From Bacteriovoracaceae bacterium (GTDB lineage Bacteria > Bdellovibrionota > UBA1018), in contig CANFHS010000001.1 in assembly GCA_947446835.1 (NCBI GenBank), positions 1 to 32,157 on the forward strand: a stretch of 32,157 bases of DNA. Reading direction: 5' to 3'. Shown here piece after piece: positions 17,249 to 23,909 of the stretch (the stretch's first letter is position 1; each line of letters opens with the position of its first letter). The position numbers and the translations under genes are program-made. The notes beneath the pieces were generated by a model that saw nothing but the letters and a program-made list of their open reading frames with translations, searched no databases and was not told the DNA's origin.

Positions 17249-18652
17249 TCAACGACCAAACCGGCTGTTTTTCTGGCCTTTCGCGGGAGACAGATTCCGT
17301 CGGAGAGCGGCCTGCGCCCGGTACACCTTTTCCATGAGCCGATCCGCGGGGAGGCCCACCACCCGGCCATTCCGGACCCGGAGGCTGCCATCCACCCAGG
17401 TTGCGCGCAGGTGCTGGGGGCCGGAGGAATAGACGATCTGCGAAGCCAACTGCTCGGGATCAGGCTCTTTTCCCTGGGGTAACGCCCCGTTTTCGGGGCA
17501 GTTCAGGTCCAGGGCGATCAGGTCGGCCTTCTTGCCGACTTCGATCGAGCCGATGTCTTTCCACCAGTCCAGGGCCAGAGCGCCGTCCCGGGTCGCCATG
17601 TCCAGGGCCTCCTGGGCGGGCAGGGTCTTTGGACCATTTCCGGGTTTATGAAGCAGGGCCGCCAGCCGCATTTCCTGGAACATGTTCAAGTTGTTGTTGC
17701 AGGGGGCACCATCGGCGCCAAGGGCCACGTTGATTCCGCGGGCCCGGAGGTCGGGAACGTGGGCCAGGCCCGAGGCCAGCTTGAGGTTCGAGCTCGGGCA
17801 GTGCACCACGTGGGTTCCCGTGCGCTTGAGCAGGTCCTTTTCGTTCGGCTTGAGCCAGATGCAATGGGCCAGGACCAGGCGACGCGACGTCAAGCCCAGC
17901 TGGTGAAGGTACTCGACGTTTTCGCAGCCCACCAGTTCCTTGACCAGCTGGATCTCTTTCAGGTTCTCGCTGGCGTGCGTGTGGATCAGGGCGCCGCGCT
18001 CGCGGGCGTCGTCGCGCACCTGGCTCAGCAGATGCTCGGTGCACGAAAGCACGAATCGGGGAGCATACGACACGCGGATGCGGTCGTTCTCGCGGCCGTG
18101 CCAGTCGCGGTACAGCGCCTCGGCCTCCATGAGGGCGTCGCGCGTGCTTTCGCGAAGGCCCGGAGGCGTGGTGGACGGATGATCCATGAGGCATTTGCCG
18201 ACGCTGGCGCGGATGCCGGTGGTGCGGACGGCATCGAGGATGGCATGCGTGTGGCGGACGGTGCCCATGTCCAGCACCGTGGTGGTTCCCGAGGTGAGCA
18301 GCTCGTGGATGCCCAGCAGCGCGCTGGCGTGGAGGGTTTCTTCGGTGTGCGCGGCTTCCATCACCCAGATGCGCTTCTGCAGCCAGTCCATCAGCTCGAG
18401 GTCGTCAGCCTGGTTGCGGAAAAGGGTCTGGCAGAGGTGCACGTGCGCCTGCACGAACCCGGGCAGGAGGGTCAGGCCGCGCGCGTCGAAGGTGGTCGTG
18501 CCGGCCGGGATCTTCCGCGGTGCGCGCCCAGTGATCTCGGCGATGCGGCCGTCCTCGATCCGCAGGTGCGCGCGGAGCGCGCGCCGACGGGAGTCCTGGG
18601 TGACCAGGGTGCCGTTCAGGATCCAGGCGCTTCGGGCTCCTTTCACGGACAT
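17249..18652 (-). CDS. Amidohydrolase-superfamily deaminase of the MtaD / TRZ-ATZ (5'-deoxyadenosine / MTA / SAH deaminase-like) type
   Basis: Metal ligands in the expected order: GFVQAHVHLCQ (HxH), IHTHASE, LAHCIW and ALGADGAPCNNNLNMFQEMRLAALL (the GTDGAASNN..MFEEMR-like motif of MtaD-type enzymes). Confidence 0.8.
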   Translation of the reverse strand: MSVKGARSAWILNGTLVTQDSRRRALRAHLRIEDGRIAEITGRAPRKIPAGTTTFDARGLTLLPGFVQAHVHLCQTLFRNQADDLELMDWLQKRIWVMEAAHTEETLHASALLGIHELLTSGTTTVLDMGTVRHTHAILDAVRTTGIRASVGKCLMDHPSTTPPGLRESTRDALMEAEALYRDWHGRENDRIRVSYAPRFVLSCTEHLLSQVRDDARERGALIHTHASENLKEIQLVKELVGCENVEYLHQLGLTSRRLVLAHCIWLKPNEKDLLKRTGTHVVHCPSSNLKLASGLAHVPDLRARGINVALGADGAPCNNNLNMFQEMRLAALLHKPGNGPKTLPAQEALDMATRDGALALDWWKDIGSIEVGKKADLIALDLNCPENGALPQGKEPDPEQLASQIVYSSGPQHLRATWVDGSLRVRNGRVVGLPADRLMEKVYRAQAALRRNLSPAKGQKNSRFGR

Positions 18653-18662
18653 GACCGGGGCC

Positions 18663-19106
18663 TCAGTCCAGGATGCCCAGCTGGTCCGGAGTGAAAGCTT
18701 CCGGGAAAAGCTGCTTCAGCTGGCGCGTGCGGATCTTGCCGTCGACGTTGGCGACGTGGATCGTGGCGTCGGCGCCGAACTCGGCCAGCACCTGCCGGCA
18801 GATGCCGCAGGGAGAGGCGGGCGGCGACGACTGCGTGACCACCACCACCTTGCGGATGCGGATCGCGCCCCGCTCGCTGACGGCCTTGAAGACGGCCACC
18901 TGCTCGGCGCAGGTGGTGGCGCCATAGGTCGAGTTCTCGACATTGCAACCGGTGTAGACACTGCCGTCGTCGAGCAGGATGGCGGCTCCCACCCGGTAAC
19001 GGCTGTAGGGAGCGTAGGCCCGGAGGCGCGCCTTGCGGGCCAGCTCGAAGAGGGCCCGAACCGAGGTGGAGGGTTTTTTCTGGGGTTTGGCCGGTTTCTT
19101 TTTCAT
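18663..19106 (-). CDS. cdd: Cytidine deaminase (homotetrameric type)
   Basis: YAPYSRYRVGAAIL..GCNVENSTYGATTCAEQVA...SPCGICRQVLAEF zinc-binding CAE / PCGxCRQ motifs. Short Lys/Pro-rich N-terminal leader. Confidence 0.9.
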   Translation of the reverse strand: MKKKPAKPQKKPSTSVRALFELARKARLRAYAPYSRYRVGAAILLDDGSVYTGCNVENSTYGATTCAEQVAVFKAVSERGAIRIRKVVVVTQSSPPASPCGICRQVLAEFGADATIHVANVDGKIRTRQLKQLFPEAFTPDQLGILD

Positions 19107-19951
19107 GCGTTTGGCCTGTGCACCATGCGGGGAATGGCCGCTTCCAGCAGACGGGTCAGCTTCGAGGCCGCGAGCCTGGAGTTGTCGATCACCTCCTGGT
19201 GGGTCAGCTTTTGCGACGAAAGGCCCGCTGCCACGTTCGTGATGCAGCTGATGCCGGCCACCCGGACTCCCAGATGGTTGGCGGCGATGGCCTCCGGCAC
19301 GGTCGACATGCCCACGGCGTCCGCGCCGAGGGTCCGCAGCATGCGGACTTCGGCCGGGGTCTCGTAAGTCGGACCCAGCAGGCCGGCATAGACGCCCTGA
19401 TGAACGGCGATGTCCAGGCTCTTGGCGGTGTCCTGGATGATCTCGATGCAGGTCTTGGAATAGGCTTCCGAAAGGTCCGGAAAGCGGGGACCGAGCTGCG
19501 CCAGGTTCGGGCCCTTGAGCGGGTTGTCGCCCATCAGGTTCAGGTGGTCTTCGATGATCATCAGGTCGGCCGGACGATACCGGGTGTTGACTCCGCCGGC
19601 GGCGTTGGTCAGCACCAGGGTCTGGACGCCCAAGCCGCAGACGGTGCGGGTGGGGAACACCACGTCTTCCATCGGGTAGCCTTCATAGTAATGGAAGCGG
19701 CCCTGGAGGAAGACGCTCGGGACGCCCTTGAAGGTTCCGAGAACCATGAAGCCCGAGTGCCCTTCGACCGAGGTGCCGTGGAAATGCGGGATGTCGGTGT
19801 AGGGAATGGTGACCGAGTTTTCGCAAGCCTGGGCCACTTCGCCCAGGCCCGAGCCCAGGATCACGCCGATTTCGGGAGTGACCTTGGAACGGCTGCCGAT
19901 GGCCTCGACGGCCTGGCGGATCTTTTCATAAATCGTGGTCTTCGGGCTCAT
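19103..19951 (-). CDS. punA: Purine nucleoside phosphorylase (PNP/PunA, inosine-guanosine family)
   Basis: GVILGSGLG...HFHGTSVEGHSGFMVLGTFKGVPSVFLQGRFHYYEGY...GPTYETPAE...GADAVGMSTVPE motifs of trimeric-type PNP. Confidence 0.88.
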   Translation of the reverse strand: MSPKTTIYEKIRQAVEAIGSRSKVTPEIGVILGSGLGEVAQACENSVTIPYTDIPHFHGTSVEGHSGFMVLGTFKGVPSVFLQGRFHYYEGYPMEDVVFPTRTVCGLGVQTLVLTNAAGGVNTRYRPADLMIIEDHLNLMGDNPLKGPNLAQLGPRFPDLSEAYSKTCIEIIQDTAKSLDIAVHQGVYAGLLGPTYETPAEVRMLRTLGADAVGMSTVPEAIAANHLGVRVAGISCITNVAAGLSSQKLTHQEVIDNSRLAASKLTRLLEAAIPRMVHRPNA

Positions 19952-21285
19952 AGGGTCTCCAGGATCAGCCGGGGGACCGGCTTGCGGCTTCCGCTGATTT
20001 CGATCGATTCGAGGAAAAACGATTCAAGAGGTGCGAGGTCGAAAGGGGTGGGCGCCAGGACCGTGGCCAGGGGTTCGCCGGCCTGGACGCGGGATCCGAG
20101 CTTCTTGTGGAAAATGAGGCCGACGCCGAAGTCGACCGGGTCGGCGGCCCGCTTGCGGCCTCCGCCCAGCTCGACCAGGATTTCGCCCATGGCCTGGGTG
20201 TTGATCCGGGACACGAAGCCGCGCTTGGGCGCTTTCCAGGTGATGCGGCGCGCGGCGCGTGGCAGCCGCGACGGATCCAGAACCTGCGACAGGTCGCCGC
20301 CCTGGGCCTGGACCATGTCCTGGAAAACCTTCCAGGCAGATCCGTCGGCAAGCTTCAGGTGGGCCAGCTTGCGGGCTTCGATGCGGTTCCGGGTCACGCC
20401 TGCCATCTCGATCATGTGGGCGCAGAGCTGCACCGTCAGCTCCTTGAGGTCGCCCGAGCCCGCTTCCGAGTCGGACTTGCGTTCAGGCTCTATCCCGGCC
20501 CGCAGCACCTCGATGCATTCCTGGACTTCGATGGCGTTTCCGGCGGCGTAGCCCAGCGGCTGGTTCATGTCCGTCAGGACGGCCCGCACCTGCAGGCCCA
20601 GCTTGGCGCCGACCTCCACCAGCATCCGCGCCAGCCTGCGGGCATCCGCGCGCTCCTTCATGAAGGCGCCATTGCCGACCTTGACGTCCATGACCAGGCC
20701 TTGCGTGCCTTCGGCCGCCTTTTTCGAAAGGATGGAAGCCACGATGAGCGGGATGCAGTCCACGGTCGCGGTCACGTCCCGGAGCGCGTAGAGCCTCTTG
20801 TCGGCCGGAGCGACGGTCTCGCTTTGGCCGATGATCGCGCAGCCCACCGTGCGGAGGATTTCCTCGAACCGCGCCGGTGACGGGCGCAGCTGGAAACCCG
20901 AAATGGACTCGAGCTTGTCGAGGGTGCCGCCGCTGTGGCCGAGCCCCCGGCCCGCCATCATCGGGACCTTGAGCCCGCAGGCCGCGGCCAGAGGGGCAAG
21001 GATGAGGGACACCTTGTCGCCGACGCCCCCGGTGGAATGCTTGTCCACCTTGAAGCCCGGCACGCTCTTGAGCTCGCACCGTTCGCCGCTTTCGAGCATG
21101 GCCCGGGTCAGCGCCACGGTTTCGTCCGGGGTCATGCCCTTGAAGAACACGGCCATCATCAGCGCCGTGGCCTGGTAATCGGCCACCTCGCCCGAGTTCA
21201 GCCCGCGGATGAAGCCTTCGATTTCCGCGGGTGAGAGTTCCCCGCCGTCGCGCTTTTTCTGGATGATCTTGGCGGGTGTGATCAT
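19948..21285 (-). CDS. deoA: Thymidine / pyrimidine-nucleoside phosphorylase
   Basis: IIQKKRDGGELSPAEIEGFI...YQATALMMAVFFKGMT...DKHSTGGVGDKVSL...GRGLGHSGGTLDKLESI signatures. Confidence 0.9.
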   Translation of the reverse strand: MITPAKIIQKKRDGGELSPAEIEGFIRGLNSGEVADYQATALMMAVFFKGMTPDETVALTRAMLESGERCELKSVPGFKVDKHSTGGVGDKVSLILAPLAAACGLKVPMMAGRGLGHSGGTLDKLESISGFQLRPSPARFEEILRTVGCAIIGQSETVAPADKRLYALRDVTATVDCIPLIVASILSKKAAEGTQGLVMDVKVGNGAFMKERADARRLARMLVEVGAKLGLQVRAVLTDMNQPLGYAAGNAIEVQECIEVLRAGIEPERKSDSEAGSGDLKELTVQLCAHMIEMAGVTRNRIEARKLAHLKLADGSAWKVFQDMVQAQGGDLSQVLDPSRLPRAARRITWKAPKRGFVSRINTQAMGEILVELGGGRKRAADPVDFGVGLIFHKKLGSRVQAGEPLATVLAPTPFDLAPLESFFLESIEISGSRKPVPRLILETL

Positions 21286-21294
21286 CTTCGTCTC

Positions 21295-22545
21295 TCAGTT
21301 CCGGATCAGCGGAAGAAAGGACCGTCCGGTCAGGGTGCCGGGCGGATGTTCCTGGCCCAGCAGGGCGTGCAGCATCGTGGCGCCGATGTCGGCGAAGCTG
21401 GGACGGGTGCCCAGGTCCAGCGGCGCGGAAGCTTCGGTCACGCCGGGAGCGTGTGCCAGGATCGGCACGTACTCGCGCGTGTGGTCGGTGCCGCGGTAGG
21501 TGGGATCGTTGCCGTGATCGGCCGAGATGAGGACGAGGTCGCCGGGACGGAGCGCGGCCTTGATGGCCGGCACCGCTGCATCGAATTCCTCGAGCGAGTG
21601 GCCGAAGCCGGTCACGTCGCGGCGGTGCCCGTAGAGCATGTCGAAGTCGATCAGGTTGCAGAAGATGAGGCCGGACTGCACCGACCGGAGCTGCTCGATC
21701 AGCACCCGGATCCCGTCCGTGTTGCCCTGGGTGTCGATGTTTTCGCGGACGCCCTTGCCCGCGTAGATGTTCGAGATCTTGCCGATGCCCAGGGTGGGAA
21801 CGCCCAGGCGCTCCAGCAGGTCCAGTGCGGTTTCCGCGAAAGGAAGCTGGGCGTAATCCTTGCGGTTGTAGGTCCGCTTGAAGGGCTGGCCCTTTTCGGG
21901 ATTTCCGACAAACGGCCGCGCGATGACCCGGCCGATCTGCAGCTCGTCGCAGAGTTTGCGGGCGGATTTGCAGATCGTGTAGAGGCGCTCCAGGCCGAAA
22001 GCTTCTTCGTGGGCGGCCACCTGCCAGACGCTGTCCGCGCTGGTGTACAGGATGGGCTTGCCGGTGCGCAGGTGCTCGGCACCCAGCTCCTCGAGGATCT
22101 CGGTGCCGCTGGCCGACTTGTTGCCCAGGACTCCAGGCAGGTGGTTCTCGCGGCACCAGCGGTCGATGATTTCCTGCGAGAAGCCCGAAGGATAGGTGGT
22201 GAACGCCTTCTGGACCACGAGGCCGGCCATTTCCCAGTGGCCCGAGGTGGTGTCCTTGCCGCTCGAAAGTTCGATGGCGCGTCCGAAGGCCCCGAAACCC
22301 TGGCCTGCCGTGCAGGGGGGCACGCCTTCCATGGGGGTGATGTTTCCCAGGCCCCAGGCCTGCAGGTTCGGCAATTTCAGGGTGCGGCCCTGGGTCTTGG
22401 CAAACTGCCGCGCCAGGTTACCCAGGGTGTTTGAGCCCAGGTCGCCGTATTTCCCGGCGTCCGGAAGTTCGCCTGCGCCCACTCCATCGAGGACGATCAG
22501 GATCACTCGCTGAAAAGGGCCTTGGGAGATTTGGGTTGCGGGCAT
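21295..22545 (-). CDS. deoB: Phosphopentomutase
   Basis: RVILIVLDGVGAGELPDAGKYGDLGSNTLGNLA, FCNLIDFDMLYGHRRD and ISADHGNDPT motifs. Start placed at MPATQ (22545), 4 nt after the deoC stop; the upstream 43 codons of the track ORF overlap deoC. Confidence 0.9.
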   Translation of the reverse strand: MPATQISQGPFQRVILIVLDGVGAGELPDAGKYGDLGSNTLGNLARQFAKTQGRTLKLPNLQAWGLGNITPMEGVPPCTAGQGFGAFGRAIELSSGKDTTSGHWEMAGLVVQKAFTTYPSGFSQEIIDRWCRENHLPGVLGNKSASGTEILEELGAEHLRTGKPILYTSADSVWQVAAHEEAFGLERLYTICKSARKLCDELQIGRVIARPFVGNPEKGQPFKRTYNRKDYAQLPFAETALDLLERLGVPTLGIGKISNIYAGKGVRENIDTQGNTDGIRVLIEQLRSVQSGLIFCNLIDFDMLYGHRRDVTGFGHSLEEFDAAVPAIKAALRPGDLVLISADHGNDPTYRGTDHTREYVPILAHAPGVTEASAPLDLGTRPSFADIGATMLHALLGQEHPPGTLTGRSFLPLIRN

Positions 22546-22549
22546 GGGC

Positions 22550-23326
22550 TTAATATCCGTCCGTTCCGCTTTCCCTCTTACCACCGCTTTGCGTGAGGGC
22601 CTTGTCAGGATTGGCGTCCTGGCGGGAAAAATTGAATTCCGTTCCGGAATGATTCGTTCGTGCTTCCTGGACAATCGCCACGCTGGCCGAAGCTCCGAGC
22701 CGGTTGGCGCCAGCCTGAAGCATGGCCAAGGCGTCGGCCAGGGTGCGGATGCCGCCCGAGGCTTTCACGCCCACGTTGGGGCCGACCGTCTGTCGCATGA
22801 GCTGGATATCTTGGACCGTGGCGCCGCCCCCGCCGAAGCCGGTGGAGGTTTTGACAAAGGCTGCTCCGGCCTGCACGGAGAGCTGGCAGGCCAGGATTTT
22901 TTCTTCGCGGGTCAGGCTGGAGGTTTCGAGGATGACTTTGACCGGGTAGGGACGCGATGCCTCGACTACGGCCCGGATGTCCTCCAGGACCTCGTCGGTC
23001 GCGCCTTGCTTGAGCTTGCCGATGGGCAAGACCATGTCGATCTCGCGAGCCCCCAGGCGAATGGCTTCGCGGGCTTCGAACGCTTTGGCCGAGGGTGTCA
23101 TGGCCCCTAAGGGGAAGCCGACCACTGCAATGGGAAGAGTTGAGGTGCCTGCAAGCAGTTCTGCGACGGTCTGGATCCAGCCTGAGTTCACGCAAACCGA
23201 AGCGAACCCATGGGTGCGAGCTTCTTCACAAACCCGCTCAATGTCTGAGCGGGTTGCTTCGGCTTTCAGGAGCGTGTGGTCGATCGCACGACCGATCTGC
23301 ATTCCTAAGTCAGCGGGAGTCGGCAT
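22550..23326 (-). CDS. deoC: Deoxyribose-phosphate aldolase (with a roughly 35-aa non-conserved C-terminal tail)
   Basis: IDHTLLKAEAT..., SVCVNSGW, FVKTSTGF (Schiff-base Lys) and GVKASGGIRT motifs. Confidence 0.9.
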   Translation of the reverse strand: MPTPADLGMQIGRAIDHTLLKAEATRSDIERVCEEARTHGFASVCVNSGWIQTVAELLAGTSTLPIAVVGFPLGAMTPSAKAFEAREAIRLGAREIDMVLPIGKLKQGATDEVLEDIRAVVEASRPYPVKVILETSSLTREEKILACQLSVQAGAAFVKTSTGFGGGGATVQDIQLMRQTVGPNVGVKASGGIRTLADALAMLQAGANRLGASASVAIVQEARTNHSGTEFNFSRQDANPDKALTQSGGKRESGTDGY

Positions 23327-23354
23327 GTTTTACCTATCTGCGTGGTCGGACTTT

Positions 23355-23374
23355 TTACTTGAAGTGTCAAGTCG
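23355..23374. promoter_or_regulatory. Inverted repeat TTACTTG-AAGTGT-CAAGTCG, 29-48 nt upstream of the deoC start. Candidate operator or 5'-UTR hairpin, with an extra TTACTTG half-site at 23381-23387.
   Basis: Read directly. The inner 16 nt ACTTGAAGTGTCAAGT form a perfect palindrome (6-nt arms, 4-nt centre). On the deoC strand the element contains TTGACA (23370-23365). Confidence 0.35.
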
Positions 23375-23390
23375 GATTCGTTACTTGTGA

Positions 23391-23909
23391 AGGAAGAGGC
23401 TGGAAAGTTCCGGCGTGAATCGACTCCGCATGATGAGACATCTCAGACAGTTTGAAGTCGCTTGCACCAGCCTCCGAATGGAACGGGGAAGGTCGAAAGG
23501 AAACTTTCCCAACATCGATTTGGCCCTTCGGGGTTTGCTGGGAGTTTTGAGTCCGATGCCGCGCGAATCGCGCGCCCGCATCGGGAAAATGAATTTGGAA
23601 GCCATCGGCATCCGATTTGCCGTGGGGAATGTTTTGAAAGCAACGACGCAATCTGTCCGTGTCCAGCCGCGAGCTGGCTTCGCAGTCCAGGCAAGGGGCG
23701 CTCTGAAGAGTGCTTTTGCCGGTGCGCAGCCATGCCGGTGGCAGGGCGTCCGGGATTCGTCACACGATCTGATCCAGGTCGCTCCGGGCAGGCTGGTCCT
23801 GCCTCAGGAGCGATGCACCCGTTTGGGTCGTACCGCTGGACTCGCCCAGGCGAGTCGGTTCCCCCGTCGCACTCGGAGACCGCTGGCTTCCCTTTAAAAG
23901 GAGAAGCCC
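23391..23909 (+). promoter_or_regulatory. Putative long structured 5' leader of rne (promoter position unknown)
   Basis: 583-nt gap between the divergent deoC and rne genes. Several strong hairpins: 23553-23584 (7+6 bp nested stem CCGATGC[CGCGCG AAT CGCGCG]CCC GCATCGG), 23787-23803 (GGCAGG/CCTGCC) and 23839-23856 (GACTCGC/GCGAGTC). AGGAG ribosome-binding site at 23899-23903. Confidence 0.4.

Noticed and set aside
20483-22156. 557-aa minus-strand ORF in an alternative frame across deoA/deoB
   Set aside because: It is on the same strand but out of frame with two genes that have strong family signatures. The translation is extreme Arg/Pro/Gly/His low complexity.
23327-23909. Strand-switch point (minus-strand genes to the left, plus-strand genes to the right) considered as a possible replication origin
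   Set aside because: I found no TTATCCACA-like DnaA boxes or AT-rich unwinding element, and dnaA, dnaN and gidA are not nearby. The leftmost 10 kb of the window is also on the + strand, so the pattern is not origin-like.
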